This document shows, piece by piece, positions 32,297 through 42,839 of a DNA stretch of 64,000 nucleotides. The stretch lies in assembly GCA_002383495.1 (NCBI GenBank), contig DFZO01000029.1, positions 1,039-65,038 on the forward strand, written 5' to 3'. The notes beneath the pieces are model-generated. The model was not told the DNA's origin. It searched no databases and was given only the letters and a program-made list of their open reading frames with translations. Position numbers and translations under genes: made by a program. Numbering within the stretch: position 1 is the stretch's first letter; every line of letters starts with the position of its first letter. The stretch is from Syntrophaceae bacterium UBA4054 (lineage in GTDB: Bacteria > Desulfobacterota > Syntrophia > Syntrophales > UBA4778).

Positions 32297-32551
32297 ATGG
32301 CGTTGAAAATGAAACTGGTGCGGATGGGCGCTAAGAAGAAACCCTTTTACAGGATTGTTGTGGCTTCGTCTGAGTCTCCCAGGAACGGAAAATTTGTTGA
32401 AATTGTCGGGAACTATGATCCGAAAAAAGATCCGGCGGAAGTGAACATCAAGGAAGACCGCATAAAAGAGTGGTTATCCAAGGGCGTCATTCCCACCTTG
32501 ACGGTCTCAAACCTGCTCGTGAAAAAAGGCATCCCGGCCAGGACAAAGTAA
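32297..32551 (+). CDS. rpsP: 30S ribosomal protein S16
   Basis: MALKMKLVRMGAKKKPFYRIV aligns residue-for-residue with the canonical S16 N-terminus. ATG 32297. Confidence 0.93.
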   Translation: MALKMKLVRMGAKKKPFYRIVVASSESPRNGKFVEIVGNYDPKKDPAEVNIKEDRIKEWLSKGVIPTLTVSNLLVKKGIPARTK

Positions 32552-32649
32552 AGCCGGGTAGCCTGAAGCGCATGGTCATGATGGGCTTTTGCTGAAACTC
32601 CCGCAGGGCTAACATCTCAACCGGAATGATATCAGTGGAGGTGCTAACG

Positions 32650-32880
32650 ATGAAAGATCTGATCAAGTATATTGCGCAGGCCTTGGTAGATAATCCGGAT
32701 ATCGTGGAAGTTTCTGAGGTTCTGGGAGAACAGACGTCGGTCATCGAATTGAGGGTTGCAAAAGAAGACCTTGGAAAAGTTATCGGCAAGGGCGGAAAAA
32801 CGGCGAAGGCGATGCGAACCATCCTCAGCGCCGCGTCGGCGAAGGTTCGCAAGAGGGCCGTGCTGGAGATCATAGAGTAA
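32650..32880 (+). CDS. KH-domain RNA-binding protein (YlqC/UPF0109)
   Basis: 76 aa. [20 protein letters not shown] motif. Conserved position between rpsP and rimM. Confidence 0.85.
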   Translation: MKDLIKYIAQALVDNPDIVEVSEVLGEQTSVIELRVAKEDLGKVIGKGGKTAKAMRTILSAASAKVRKRAVLEIIE

Positions 32881-33384
32881 TTGGCGGGTCTGTTTGCCAT
32901 AGGCAGAATCCTGAAGCCCCATGGCCTGAAAGGCTGCATGAAAGGGGTTTCATACCTGGAATCGGATGAACGTTTCGTCCGTATCGACGAGGTTTTTCTC
33001 GGCGAGGAAAAGGCCGAAGGACATCCCTTCAAGGTTGAAACTCTGGAGATCAAAAAAAAAGGTTTCCTTCTGAAGCTGAAGGGGATTGACGATGTGGACG
33101 CGGCCGGGCGATGGGCAGGAACCGAGGTCCTGGCAGCCACTTCCCTGCTGGAAAAGCTGCCGGACGGTGAATATTACTGGCGCGATCTCATCGGTCTTCA
33201 CGTTTATTCGGAAGAAGGGAAGCTTCTTGGGAAGATCGAAGCCGTATTCCCGACAGGAAGCAATGATGTTTATGTCTGTGCCGGGGGAGAAAGGGAAATC
33301 CTGCTGCCGGCCATCGCGGACGTGATCCGGGAGGTCGATACGGGGAAAGGCACCATGATCGTCAGGTTGTTGAAGGGCTTGTAA
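32881..33384 (+). CDS. rimM: ribosome maturation factor RimM
   Basis: 167 aa. [13 protein letters not shown]-terminus and PRC barrel C-terminus. TTG start abuts the previous stop. Confidence 0.9.
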   Translation: MAGLFAIGRILKPHGLKGCMKGVSYLESDERFVRIDEVFLGEEKAEGHPFKVETLEIKKKGFLLKLKGIDDVDAAGRWAGTEVLAATSLLEKLPDGEYYWRDLIGLHVYSEEGKLLGKIEAVFPTGSNDVYVCAGGEREILLPAIADVIREVDTGKGTMIVRLLKGL

Positions 33385-33389
33385 GGCGG

Positions 33390-34124
33390 ATGATCCGGTT
33401 TGATATCCTGACCCTTTTCCCGGAGATGTTCAAATCTCCTTTTGATTCAAGTCTCCTGAAAAAGGCTCAGGAAAAAGGGCTCATTGAAATAGCTGTTCAT
33501 GATATCCGGGATTATACGGAGGACAGGCACCGCATGACGGATGACTATCCCTATGGCGGCGGAAGCGGAATGGTGATGAAAGTGGAACCCATCGCGCGGG
33601 CACTGGAAGATGTGATTCGGGAACGGCGCGCGGCGAAGGTGATTCTTCTGACCCCCCAGGGGAAAGTCTTCAATCAGATCATGGCCGAGGAACTTTCAGC
33701 CTGTTCAAGGATTGTTCTGATTTGCGGCCGATACGAGGGGGTGGACGAGCGGGTCAGAGATTATCTCGTGGACGAAGAAATCTCCATCGGCGATTACGTT
33801 CTGACGGGAGGTGAACTTCCGGCCATGGTCATCGTGGATGCCGTCTCACGCCTGGTTTCGGGGGTGCTCGGAAATTGCGATTCTGCCGCAACAGACTCCT
33901 TTTCGACGGGGCTTCTGGAGTACCCGCAGTACACGCGCCCGGCCGACTTCCGCGGCTGGAAGGTTCCCGAAGTTCTTCTTTCGGGGAACCACAGGGTCAT
34001 TGACGCCTGGCGGCGTAGAGAGTCCCTGAGGAAAACGGCATTGCGGCGCCCCGACCTCTTGAGCAAGGCCGGCCTCACGGAAGGGGATCGAAAAATGTTG
34101 GAAGAGCTCAAAGCGGATAGCTGA
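33390..34124 (+). CDS. trmD: tRNA (guanine37-N1)-methyltransferase
   Basis: 244 aa. [15 protein letters not shown]-terminus and SPOUT knot motif ([10 protein letters not shown]...[14 protein letters not shown]). Confidence 0.95.
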   Translation: MIRFDILTLFPEMFKSPFDSSLLKKAQEKGLIEIAVHDIRDYTEDRHRMTDDYPYGGGSGMVMKVEPIARALEDVIRERRAAKVILLTPQGKVFNQIMAEELSACSRIVLICGRYEGVDERVRDYLVDEEISIGDYVLTGGELPAMVIVDAVSRLVSGVLGNCDSAATDSFSTGLLEYPQYTRPADFRGWKVPEVLLSGNHRVIDAWRRRESLRKTALRRPDLLSKAGLTEGDRKMLEELKADS

Positions 34125-34136
34125 CGGCTGATAGCC
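34119..34136 (+). repeat. short heptamer array AGCTGAC GGCTGAT AGCC
   Basis: Same family as 9064-9094 in the opposite orientation. The first TGA is the trmD stop codon. Confidence 0.5.
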
Positions 34137-34697
34137 ATGGTCAATCTCTATATCGCTCTCTTGCATTACCCCGTCTGCAATAAGGATGGCAGGGTGGTCA
34201 CCACGTCCGTGACCAACATGGACATCCACGATATATCCAGGACGGCCAGGACATACGGCGTGCAGCGTTTTTACATAGTGACACCCGTCATGAAGCAGAG
34301 AGAACTGGTGGATAAGATTCTGGACCATTGGCGGAAAGGTTATGGCGCCTCTTACAACCCCTTGCGAAAGGAAGCTTTTGAGATTGTGGATGTAAAGGAA
34401 AGCCTGGATGCGGTCATCGAGGATGTGTCCGGAAGGGAGGAACGGAAGATACAGGTCGTGGTGACCAGTGCGGGTCCCCGGGGCGAGTGCCTGAGATTTG
34501 ATGAATTCAGGGATAAACTGAGGGATGGGAGCGATTCTTATCTGATCGTATTCGGAACCGGCTGGGGCATTGCGGAAGAGGTCATGACGAGAGCGGATTT
34601 CCTGCTGGAATCCATCAGAGGACCGGGGGCATACAATCATCTGCCCGTTCGAGCCGCCGTGGCTGTTACCCTGGACCGGCTTGCCGGGATACATTGA
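34137..34697 (+). CDS. SPOUT-like RNA methyltransferase-related protein (uncharacterised, between trmD and rplS)
   Basis: 186 aa. [32 protein letters not shown] and C-terminal [10 protein letters not shown] resemble a trefoil-knot fold. Family name not certain. Confidence 0.5.
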   Translation: MVNLYIALLHYPVCNKDGRVVTTSVTNMDIHDISRTARTYGVQRFYIVTPVMKQRELVDKILDHWRKGYGASYNPLRKEAFEIVDVKESLDAVIEDVSGREERKIQVVVTSAGPRGECLRFDEFRDKLRDGSDSYLIVFGTGWGIAEEVMTRADFLLESIRGPGAYNHLPVRAAVAVTLDRLAGIH

Positions 34698-34749
34698 AAT
34701 AATAAATGATCTGGAAATAGATATTGTTTTATTCGGGAGGAATGAAAAA

Positions 34750-35097
34750 ATGAATTGGGTTGAAATGATTGAAAAGGAACAAATGAGAGGAGACATTCCG
34801 GGTTTCAAGTCCGGTGATACCGTCAAGGTCTACGTGAAGATCGTAGAAGGTCAAAAGGAGAGAATCCAGGTTTTTGAGGGTGTGGTCATCCGGAAGAAAC
34901 GCGGAAACAGCCGCGCCATGTTCACGGTCAGGAAGGTGTCTTACGGGGTTGGAGTTGAAAGAACTTTTCCCCTTCATTCACCGGTCATCGACAGGATTGA
35001 AGTCGTGACGAGGGGCAGGGTGAGGCGCTCGCGGTTATACTATCTGCGCCAGCTGCGAGGCAAGGAAGCGAGAATAAAGGAGCTGGGCAGGCGATAA
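34750..35097 (+). CDS. rplS: 50S ribosomal protein L19
   Basis: 115 aa from ATG 34750 ([34 protein letters not shown]...[10 protein letters not shown]). Confidence 0.93.
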   Translation: MNWVEMIEKEQMRGDIPGFKSGDTVKVYVKIVEGQKERIQVFEGVVIRKKRGNSRAMFTVRKVSYGVGVERTFPLHSPVIDRIEVVTRGRVRRSRLYYLRQLRGKEARIKELGRR

Positions 35098-35159
35098 TCG
35101 CGGCATCCCCGGGTCTTTGTCTCCGCATTCAGACATTAATAGCCAGGATTTTCCTTCTG

Positions 35160-35792
35160 ATGACCCGTTATGAATTGCGTGCCCGTGAGAGGGGATTCAA
35201 AGTTATCGCCGGTATTGACGAGGCCGGCAGAGGGCCCCTTGCGGGGCCGGTCGTAGCCGCCGCCGTTGTTTTTCCGGGCGGCTACCGGAATGAGGACATT
35301 CGCGATTCAAAAAAGCTTTCAGCCGGAAAGAGGGAAAAACTATACCAGCGGATAAAGCAGGACGCCCTTGCTATCGGCATAGGGGTTGTTGAGCCGTCCG
35401 TCATTGATAAGACGAATATCCTCCGGGCCTCCCTCGCAGCCATGGAAGAGGCCGTCGCAAACCTCCTGTTTCCCGTCGATTATCTTCTCATTGACGGCAA
35501 TCAATCCATCCATACAGATGTCTCCCAGGAAACGGTCGTGAAAGGAGACAGTCTCAGTGTTTCCATTGCCGCGGCGTCCATCATCGCGAAAGTTTCCCGG
35601 GATCAGATCATGGAAATCTACCACCGCCAGTATCCCCATTACAATTTTCTCAACAACAAGGGTTACGGAACGAAGGAACACCGCGAGGCGATCCGGAAAC
35701 ACGGATTCTGCAAGATCCATCGCAGATCGTTCAAGTGGGTGAAGGATCAGGCCGGTTCTCAGACCTTCATCCCTTTTCCGGATGAAGGATGA
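35160..35792 (+). CDS. rnhB: ribonuclease HII
   Basis: GIDEAGRGPLAGPVVAAAV active-site motif. 210 aa. Confidence 0.93.
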   Translation: MTRYELRARERGFKVIAGIDEAGRGPLAGPVVAAAVVFPGGYRNEDIRDSKKLSAGKREKLYQRIKQDALAIGIGVVEPSVIDKTNILRASLAAMEEAVANLLFPVDYLLIDGNQSIHTDVSQETVVKGDSLSVSIAAASIIAKVSRDQIMEIYHRQYPHYNFLNNKGYGTKEHREAIRKHGFCKIHRRSFKWVKDQAGSQTFIPFPDEG

Positions 35793-35798
35793 AAAGGG

Positions 35799-36182
35799 AT
35801 GGATCCATCGGGAGAGACAAAGATCGGGGTCGGTAAACGCGGCGAAGAACTTGCCGTGCGTCATCTGGTGGAAGCGGGGTACCGTATCATCGAGAGAAAT
35901 TATCGGTGCCTTTTAGGTGAAATCGACGTGGTGGCAAGAGACGGAGAGAGCCTTGTTTTTGTGGAGGTCAAAAGTCGCCGCGGCAGAGGCTTCGGAGATC
36001 CCCAGGAGGCCGTCGGTCCCAGAAAACAGGAAAAAATCTCGAAGATCGCCCAGTACTACCTTAAGGAAAAACGCCTGCAGGGCGTCAGGGCCAGATTCGA
36101 TGTGGTAGCGGTCAGAATCATGCCCGGGGGAAGCCGGATCAAGTTGATCCAAAACGCCTTTGAGTTGGCTTATGGATGGTAA
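35799..36182 (+). CDS. YraN-family endonuclease (UPF0102)
   Basis: 127 aa. GEELAVRHLVEAGYRIIERNYRCLLGEIDVVA...VFVEVKSR pattern. Confidence 0.85.
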   Translation: MDPSGETKIGVGKRGEELAVRHLVEAGYRIIERNYRCLLGEIDVVARDGESLVFVEVKSRRGRGFGDPQEAVGPRKQEKISKIAQYYLKEKRLQGVRARFDVVAVRIMPGGSRIKLIQNAFELAYGW

Positions 36183-36195
36183 CAGAAAGTTCAGT

Positions 36196-36369
36196 CAGGC
36201 TGTTGAAAAACGCTCATCCCTGCTGGAGTTTATCCTGAGTAACTCGAAGGGCGGGGACGGTGTCTGCATGCTGCGCTGCGTGGTTCGACAAGCTCACCAT
36301 GACAGATTTCAGAGCCTGTCCTGAGCCTGTCGAAGGACGCCTTGTATCTAAACGTTTTTGAACAGCCTG
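36196..36369 (-). mobile_element. MITE-like repeat, copy A (174 bp; orientation opposite to copies B and C)
   Basis: Terminal inverted repeats CAGGCTGTTGAAAAACG ... CGTTTTTGAACAGCCTG. The reverse complement is about 94% identical to 44250-44423. Internal hairpin TTCGACAGGCTCA / TGAGCTTGTCGAA. Confidence 0.7.
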
Positions 36370-36417
36370 GAAAAAATGGTGTTTTTTTAAAATCATTTTA
36401 CTTGTGAGTTCAAATCT

Positions 36418-37302
36418 ATGAAAGAAGAAAGGGAAAAGACGGGGACGCTTTATGTCGTGGCCACGCCCATCGGCAACCTTGAGGATATCACCCTCAGGGC
36501 GATCAGGATTCTTAAAGAGGTTTCCCTGATTGCCGCAGAGGATACACGCAGAACAAAAAAGCTTTTGAATGTCTATGGAATCCAGACTCCCCTGATCAGC
36601 CTCTACGATCAGACGGAGCGGAGCAAAAGCCCCCTTATCATATCACGGATGGAAGAAGGACAGGATGTGGCCTACGTGTCCGACGCCGGCACGCCGGGAA
36701 TCTCGGATCCGGGCTATATCCTTATCAATCAGGCCATTGCTGCAGGCGTGAGGGTAGTCCCCGTTCCCGGTGTATCCGCCGTCATCGCGGCCCTGAGCAT
36801 CGCCGGCCTTCCCATGGACCGTTTTGTTTTTAGCGGTTTTCCGCCGGCCCGGTCGTCCAGAAGGAGGCCGTTCCTGGAAGCCCTGAAGGGCGAAACGAGG
36901 ACGCTGGTTTTTTACGAATCTCCCCGGCGGCTTTTTGACCTTCTCCGGGATATGGGGGACATTCTCGGAAACCGGAAGATCGTCATTGCCAGGGAATTGA
37001 CGAAAATGTTTGAGGAGGTTCAGAGGGGAACGGTTCAGGATGTCCTGGAGTCTCTGGAGGGAAAGGAGATAAAAGGCGAGGTGACCCTGATTGTTGCCGG
37101 GAAAGGGAAGGCCGGTCCGGTTTCGTCTGTTGAGGACATCGCCCCGCAATTTTTGGCACTTCGAAAAGAAGCCGGGGTTTCAATAAAGGACATGGTTCAG
37201 AGAATCACCGGCGATACAGGTCTGCCCAGGAAGAAGGTATATCAGGAAGTCCTGAAACTTCTTGGAGAATTGCCGGGGAAGGCGGAGGGCGAAAACCCTT
37301 GA
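36418..37302 (+). CDS. rsmI: 16S rRNA (cytidine1402-2'-O)-methyltransferase
   Basis: 294 aa. LYVVATPIGNLEDITLRAIRILKEVSLIAAEDTR signature. Confidence 0.92.
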   Translation: MKEEREKTGTLYVVATPIGNLEDITLRAIRILKEVSLIAAEDTRRTKKLLNVYGIQTPLISLYDQTERSKSPLIISRMEEGQDVAYVSDAGTPGISDPGYILINQAIAAGVRVVPVPGVSAVIAALSIAGLPMDRFVFSGFPPARSSRRRPFLEALKGETRTLVFYESPRRLFDLLRDMGDILGNRKIVIARELTKMFEEVQRGTVQDVLESLEGKEIKGEVTLIVAGKGKAGPVSSVEDIAPQFLALRKEAGVSIKDMVQRITGDTGLPRKKVYQEVLKLLGELPGKAEGENP

Positions 37303-37381
37303 ACTGTCCATGTGAGTGTGATAGTCACGACGCATTGAGGGGACGGAAAGTCCGGGACGGACGGCTGGCGGGAGGGTCCTG

Positions 37382-37627
37382 ATGGATAATGAAAGAAAAT
37401 TGAAAGGCGATCTGCGGGATGGAAAAAAGATCCACGATCTTGTGGACGTCGTCGATGAAGAGACCCGCGAAGCTGTTCCCGGGAGGGACCTGACAATTCA
37501 GCGAGATGAGATGGTGGCCAAAGAAATCAGGGACGTCACGGAACGGATCGCGAGGGCGCTGATACCGGGTATTGTCGAGCGGGTGGTCCGGGAAGAAATC
37601 GAGAAACTGAAGAAAGTAGACAGCTGA
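37382..37627 (+). CDS. hypothetical charged 81-aa protein
   Basis: No recognisable motif. The stop overlaps the next start (TGATG), suggesting translational coupling. Confidence 0.4.
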   Translation: MDNERKLKGDLRDGKKIHDLVDVVDEETREAVPGRDLTIQRDEMVAKEIRDVTERIARALIPGIVERVVREEIEKLKKVDS

Positions 37628-38304
37628 TGGGAATGCGGCCTCTCTTTCATCAAGGAAGGATGACCTTGCCTGTGCGCATATTCGGAATTAGAGAATTATT
37701 TCTTTGCCTTCTGGTCCTGTGTCTGATCTCCGGCTGCGGGAAGAAGGTTCCCAAGGCCGCTCCGGCGGAAGCGGTTAAGAAACCGGTCATCAGGCTGATC
37801 GCCGTTCTGCCCGTTGATAACCGGTCCGCGGACCCTTTGGCGGCCCGCGTTCTGCGCGAGAGGGTGCTGCAGGAAATTTATCACAGGGGTTACCCCAAGG
37901 TACCCCTTGCCGCGGCGGATGAGAAGCTGTCAAAAAATTATAAAGATGCCGCACGCATGGCGCCCAAGATCGCGGGGAGCCTTCTGGGGGTGGACGCCGT
38001 CATGTACTGCTCCCTGCTGAATTGGAAAACCTCTTTCTTTTATCTCTATGCCCGGACAAGCGTGTCCGCCCGTTTTGAATTGAGGAGCGCGAAAACAGGA
38101 GAGACGCTCTGGAAAGCGGACCATGAGGCGGTCAAGAGAAATTATGACATAACACGGGAACGCCTGGAGATGGAAACGCTTCAGGCCTATGAATCGGCCA
38201 TGCATGAAATCGTGGACACGGCGTTCAAGACCTTTCCCGATGGTCCCGATTTCATCGGAAGGCCCCCTTCCAAAGGAGGTTGTTTTTTATGGAACTGGTT
38301 CTGA
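37627..38304 (+). CDS. DUF799/GNA1162-like lipoprotein
   Basis: Lipobox LISGC. Pattern VLPVDNRS...GYPKVP...LLGVDAVMYCSL...TSVSARFELRSAKTGETLW matches the DUF799 family as I remember it. ATG 37660 is an alternative start. Confidence 0.7.
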   Translation: MGMRPLFHQGRMTLPVRIFGIRELFLCLLVLCLISGCGKKVPKAAPAEAVKKPVIRLIAVLPVDNRSADPLAARVLRERVLQEIYHRGYPKVPLAAADEKLSKNYKDAARMAPKIAGSLLGVDAVMYCSLLNWKTSFFYLYARTSVSARFELRSAKTGETLWKADHEAVKRNYDITRERLEMETLQAYESAMHEIVDTAFKTFPDGPDFIGRPPSKGGCFLWNWF

Positions 38305-38315
38305 AAAGCAGGATA

Positions 38316-39161
38316 ATGGGCAGCCGTGCGGGAAGGATAGCTGTTGTTTTCTTTGTTTCAATCGTATGTCTGCTATGGTTTTCTCAGGAAGGGGCAGCGG
38401 CCAAAAAACCGATGGCCGTTAAGATCGGACGGGGCGAAGCAAGGGTGACCGCTCTTGAAGGGACGGTGCAGGTGGCTTCGGAGGGAGGCAGATGGCGCTC
38501 CCTGAAAACCGGAAACATCCTCAAGGGTGGGGACCAGGTCAAGACCGGGTCTAAATCCAGGCTGGAAATCACCCTTCCGGACCGTTCTTTTTTCAGGTTC
38601 GCAGACCATACGAACTTCAAGATTATCCAGATTGATGTGAGTGAGAGGGCCAGCACCCGCAATGCAAGGGTGAACGTGGCGCTTGGAAAGACCTGGGCAA
38701 ACGTGAGCAAGTCCTTTGGAGTTAAGCCCAATATCGAAGTGGCTTGCGAGAACGCCGTTACAGGGGTCAGGGGTACGATTTACAGGATGAATGTGAACGA
38801 TGATAAATCCGCCCTTGTGAGGGTCTATGACGGGGAAGTGAGAGTCTGGGGGGGTGGAAAACCCATGGAGCAGTCGGCGGCCTCAGGACCCCCGACATCG
38901 GTTTCAGGGCCTGTCTCCATTTCCGGACCCCGGAGCGTCTCCATGGAAGAATGGGTCGAGATTGTCAGGACTATGCAGCAGATCTCGATCAGCGCGGCCG
39001 GCGTTCCCGGTAAGCCTAAGGCTTTCACCGAAGCGGAAGACAGGGACGATTGGGTGGACTGGAACAGGGCGCGGGACGAAAACCAGAACATTCCTGAGGC
39101 AACCCAGGAAGAGACCCCGGAAGCCAGGGGAGGAGGCGGTTTTTTTAACTGGTTCAGATAA
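38316..39161 (+). CDS. FecR-domain protein (secreted)
   Basis: Signal-like N-terminus. FecR-type beta domain (GEARVTALEGTVQV...LKTGNILKGGDQVKTGSKSRLEITLPDRSFFRFADHTNF). The track start at 38280 overlaps the previous gene. Confidence 0.7.
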   Translation: MGSRAGRIAVVFFVSIVCLLWFSQEGAAAKKPMAVKIGRGEARVTALEGTVQVASEGGRWRSLKTGNILKGGDQVKTGSKSRLEITLPDRSFFRFADHTNFKIIQIDVSERASTRNARVNVALGKTWANVSKSFGVKPNIEVACENAVTGVRGTIYRMNVNDDKSALVRVYDGEVRVWGGGKPMEQSAASGPPTSVSGPVSISGPRSVSMEEWVEIVRTMQQISISAAGVPGKPKAFTEAEDRDDWVDWNRARDENQNIPEATQEETPEARGGGGFFNWFR

Positions 39162-39164
39162 CGA

Positions 39165-39722
39165 ATGAATATACCAAATCTTCTAACGCTGACCCGCATT
39201 ATCCTGGTGCCGGTCATTGTTATTCTGTTGATCCAGGCTTCTTTTTTTAAGGCCATGATCGTGTTTGTCGTTGCCGGGATCACGGATGGTCTGGATGGTT
39301 TTCTGGCACGTGTCTTGAATCAGAAGACCGTTCTGGGTTCCTATCTCGATCCCCTGGCCGACAAGGCGCTCATCCTGACCTCCTTTGTAACGTTATCCAT
39401 CCTGGGCGTTGTCCCGAGCTGGCTCAGTGTTATCGTCATCAGCCGGGATTGCATCATCCTCATAGGCATTTCCGTCCTTGTTCTGATGGACATTTCCTTT
39501 GAGGTGAAGCCGACCTTTGTGAGCAAGGTGACGACAGCGCTTCAGCTCCTGACCATATTCATGGTCATGGTCTTCCTGGGTTTCTCGGTCGACTTCAATA
39601 TTCATGCAATAGACGACATGATTTACTGGCTGACCGCTTTTTTTACCATTGCCTCGGGTCTCAACTATATTGTCATCGGTTTCAGGATGATGAACAACAC
39701 TTCTTCAGCGGAGAAACGTTGA
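39165..39722 (+). CDS. pgsA: CDP-alcohol phosphatidyltransferase (PgsA-like)
   Basis: DGLDGFLARVLNQKTVLGSYLDPLADK matches DG(x2)AR(x8)G(x3)D(x3)D. Confidence 0.85.
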   Translation: MNIPNLLTLTRIILVPVIVILLIQASFFKAMIVFVVAGITDGLDGFLARVLNQKTVLGSYLDPLADKALILTSFVTLSILGVVPSWLSVIVISRDCIILIGISVLVLMDISFEVKPTFVSKVTTALQLLTIFMVMVFLGFSVDFNIHAIDDMIYWLTAFFTIASGLNYIVIGFRMMNNTSSAEKR

Positions 39723-39788
39723 TATTTCGCTTGACATAACGTCTTTTTATTGTTAGCTAATAACCCCGTTTTGAGAGTGTAAGACCTT

Positions 39789-39863
39789 AGGCACGTAGCT
39801 CAGGGGGAGAGCGCCATCCTGACGCGGTGGATGTCCAGGGTTCAAATCCCTGCGTGCCTACCA
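39789..39863 (+). tRNA. tRNA-Val (anticodon GAC)
   Basis: Manual cloverleaf: acceptor AGGCACG/CGTGCCT, D arm GCTC-AGGGGGA-GAGC, anticodon arm CCATC-CTGACGC-GGTGG, T arm CAGGG-TTCAAAT-CCCTG, encoded CCA. Confidence 0.9.
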
Positions 39864-39891
39864 TTTAAAACCTGATCGGGCGTTTAGGCAA

Positions 39892-39930
39892 GGGCATCAG
39901 CATGACATTACCGGATGATGCCCTTTCTTT
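39892..39930 (+). terminator. terminator-like hairpin after tRNA-Val
   Basis: Stem GGGCATCA / TGATGCCC with a 16-nt loop, followed by TTTCTTT. A TATAAT box follows (39942-39947) ahead of thrS. Confidence 0.5.
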
Positions 39931-39964
39931 AATCGCGGCGATATAATGGGACAGGAAAGATGCT

Positions 39965-41881
39965 ATGAGCGAGATCAAGATTCATTTGCCGGATGGTTCT
40001 TCAGCGATCCACGAATCGGGCATGGCGGTCAGGGATATTCTGACAAGCTGGAAGAAAGCGTCGCTCAAATCCGCTGTGGCGGCAAAAGTGAATGGCGTCA
40101 AGGTGGATCTGAGTTTCCGCGTGGAAAAAGATGCCGACCTGGAGCCCATCGAAATCGGATCCAAAGAGGGGCTTGACATCCTGAGGCACAGCATCTCGCA
40201 TGTGATGGCCCAGGCCGTCCAGGAGTCTTTCGCCGGCGTGAAGGTCAGCATCGGGCCCTCCATTGAAGACGGTTTTTATTACGATTTTGATTACAGCGAG
40301 ACCTTCACACTGGAAGACCTTCAAAAAATCGAAAAAAAGATGCGGGACATCGTGGCCGCCGATCTCCCCTTTATCCGCAGGGAGGTCTCCAGAGAGGAAG
40401 CCGTCGAGCTTTTCAGGAAGAAGGGAGAGTCTTACAAGGTTGAACTTCTGAATGACCTGCCGGAAGACGTAAAGGAAGTCAGTCTCTACATCGATGGTGA
40501 ATACGTGGACCTGTGCCGAGGACCCCATATCCCTTCCACAAAAATGATCAAGGCCTTCAAGCTCATGAACGTGGCGGGGGCATACTGGCGCGGGGATGAG
40601 AAGAACAAGATGCTCCAGAGGATCTACGGGACGGGCTTTGCCACGGAGAAGGAGCTCAAGGAGTATCTGAATTTTCTGGAGGAGGCAAAGAAGCGCGACC
40701 ACCGGAAGCTGGGGAAGGAACTGGATCTCTTTCAGGTCAACGATGAGGTGGGGCCGGGCCTCGTGATTTTTCACCCGAAAGGCGCTCTGCTCCGGATGAT
40801 CATCGAAGACTGGGAAAGAAAGGAACATCTCAAGCGCGGTTACGACATCGTTCAGGGCCCCCAGATCCTGCGGGGAGATCTCTGGAAAAAATCAGGGCAC
40901 TTCGACCATTACCGTGAATTCATGTATTTCACAGAGGTAGAGGGACAGCTTTACGGGATCAAACCCATGAACTGCATCGCCCACATGATGATTTACAAGT
41001 CGAAGATCCGAAGCTACCGGGATCTTCCTCTCCGGTACTTCGAGCTGGGCACTGTGCACCGGCATGAAAAAACGGGGGTTCTGCACGGACTGCTCCGTGT
41101 CCGCCAGTTCACTCAGGACGACGCCCATATCCTGTGCACGCCGGATCAGCTGAATTCCGAAATCCGCGCCATTGCCGATTTTGTCGGATATGCCATGAAG
41201 ATCTTCGGTTTTGATTACGAAGTGGAACTGAGCACGAGACCGGAAAAATCCATCGGTTCCGATGAGGACTGGGAGATGGCCACCGCCGCCTTGGAAGCGT
41301 CGCTGAAGGACAACCGGATGGCCTATGAGGTGAATGTCGGTGACGGAGCCTTTTACGGTCCCAAGATCGACTTCAAGCTGAAGGACGCCCTGAAAAGAAA
41401 ATGGCAGTGCGCCACGATCCAGTGCGATTTTACCTTGCCGGAGCGATTTGATCTCAGCTATATAGGTCCCGACGGGGAGAAGCACCGGCCCGTGATGCTT
41501 CATCGTGTCATCCTCGGGGCCATTGAGCGTTTCATGGGGGTCCTGATCGAACACCACGCCGGAGCCTTTCCTCTCTGGCTCTCGCCGGTTCAGGCGGTCC
41601 TGATGACTGTTACGGACAATCAGATTCCTTACGGGGAAAACGTGTACCTTCAACTTCTCGATGCCGGAGTCCGGGTGGAAAGGGACTTCAGAAATGAGAA
41701 GCTGGGATACAAAATCAGGGAAGCCCAGATGCAGAAGGTCCCCTTCATGCTGGTGATCGGCGACAAGGAGGTCGAATCCTCCAGGGTTTCTCCGAGGCAG
41801 AGAGACGGGAAAAATCTGGGTCCAATGGGCCCGGACGAATTCATAGCTCTGGTCAGGGAAAAATGCATCAAATACGAATAA
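39965..41881 (+). CDS. thrS: threonine--tRNA ligase
   Basis: 638 aa. TGS domain, editing-domain HSISHVMA, class-II core, anticodon-binding domain. Confidence 0.95.
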   Translation: MSEIKIHLPDGSSAIHESGMAVRDILTSWKKASLKSAVAAKVNGVKVDLSFRVEKDADLEPIEIGSKEGLDILRHSISHVMAQAVQESFAGVKVSIGPSIEDGFYYDFDYSETFTLEDLQKIEKKMRDIVAADLPFIRREVSREEAVELFRKKGESYKVELLNDLPEDVKEVSLYIDGEYVDLCRGPHIPSTKMIKAFKLMNVAGAYWRGDEKNKMLQRIYGTGFATEKELKEYLNFLEEAKKRDHRKLGKELDLFQVNDEVGPGLVIFHPKGALLRMIIEDWERKEHLKRGYDIVQGPQILRGDLWKKSGHFDHYREFMYFTEVEGQLYGIKPMNCIAHMMIYKSKIRSYRDLPLRYFELGTVHRHEKTGVLHGLLRVRQFTQDDAHILCTPDQLNSEIRAIADFVGYAMKIFGFDYEVELSTRPEKSIGSDEDWEMATAALEASLKDNRMAYEVNVGDGAFYGPKIDFKLKDALKRKWQCATIQCDFTLPERFDLSYIGPDGEKHRPVMLHRVILGAIERFMGVLIEHHAGAFPLWLSPVQAVLMTVTDNQIPYGENVYLQLLDAGVRVERDFRNEKLGYKIREAQMQKVPFMLVIGDKEVESSRVSPRQRDGKNLGPMGPDEFIALVREKCIKYE

Positions 41882-41887
41882 ACACGG

Positions 41888-41990
41888 GCATTAGACATCG
41901 GGCATCAGGCATTAGGAAAATTTCAAAAAGAGCACGATTTGATTTCCTGTCTTTTCCCAGTGCCTTACGCCTAAGGTCCAACGCCTGAAT
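41888..41990. repeat. heptamer array GCATTAG ACATCGG GCATCAG GCATTAG with an inverted partner arm
   Basis: Left arm 41888-41916. Right arm 41958-41990 reads as the complement type (CTTACGC CTAAGGT CCAACGC CTGAAT). Same unit family as 59391-59420. Confidence 0.6.
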
Positions 41991-42005
41991 TTAAGGAGGT
42001 GACTC

Positions 42006-42515
42006 ATCGCTAAGGATTTAAAAGTGAACAGGGAAATCAAGGCCGCCAGTGTGCGGGTCATTGATTCTGAGGGAAAGCAACTGGGGATCCTGACTCTCCA
42101 GGAGGCCTTGCGGGATGCTGGTGAGGCAGGTCTGGATCTTGTTGAGGTGGCTCCAAACTCGTCACCGCCTGTCTGCAGGGTGATGGATTATGGCAAGTTC
42201 CGGTACCAGCAGAGCAAGAAACTTCAGGTGGCAAAGAAGCATCAGGCCACGATTCAACTGAAAGAGATCCGGTTGAGGCCGAAGACCGAGGAGCATGATT
42301 TACAGGTCAAGCTTCGCCATATCAAGAGATTTCTGGAGGAAAACAACAAAGTCAAAGTGACCATGATGTTCCGGGGGCGGGAAATTGCCTATACCGATAT
42401 GGGAAGGAAGATCATGGAGGGGATTTTAAGCGAACTGGAAGAAAAAGGTGTCATTGACCAGCACCCGAAGCTGGAAGGAAGAAGCATGGTCATGATTGTG
42501 GCGCCGAAGAAATAA
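42006..42515 (+). CDS. infC: translation initiation factor IF-3 (non-AUG start ATC)
   Basis: AAGGAGG (41993-41999), an in-frame TGA at 42000, then ATC 42006 giving (M)[12 protein letters not shown]..., a typical IF-3 N-terminus. The ORF track starts at internal GTG 42024. Confidence 0.85.
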   Translation: MAKDLKVNREIKAASVRVIDSEGKQLGILTLQEALRDAGEAGLDLVEVAPNSSPPVCRVMDYGKFRYQQSKKLQVAKKHQATIQLKEIRLRPKTEEHDLQVKLRHIKRFLEENNKVKVTMMFRGREIAYTDMGRKIMEGILSELEEKGVIDQHPKLEGRSMVMIVAPKK

Positions 42516-42541
42516 AGATCGATGAATGGAGTAATGAACCC

Positions 42542-42739
42542 ATGCCAAAAATGAAAACACATAGGGGCGCGGCGAAGCGCTTCAAACTGACAGGGACGGG
42601 CAAGGTGAAGAGACGAAAGGCCTTTCATAGTCACATCCTGACGAGCAAGACAGCCAAAAGGAAGAGGAACTTGAGAAAATCGGCCTTGCTGGATGAGAGG
42701 GACGCGCCGGGGATCAAAAGGCTTATTCCCTATTTATAG
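42542..42739 (+). CDS. rpmI: 50S ribosomal protein L35
   Basis: [27 protein letters not shown]. Confidence 0.95.
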   Translation: MPKMKTHRGAAKRFKLTGTGKVKRRKAFHSHILTSKTAKRKRNLRKSALLDERDAPGIKRLIPYL

Positions 42740-42839
42740 GAAGAGAAATCGGAAAACGGAATCCTGAATGCAACGATGATGATCCTTCAGGGGCAGATCC
42801 TGAGATTCCGGATTTATTATTTTATTGGGAGATAGAGAC

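Noticed and set aside
39304-39319. Sigma-54 promoter-like TGGCACG-N4-TTGAA.
   Set aside because: It lies inside the pgsA coding sequence and lacks the essential GC of the -12 element.
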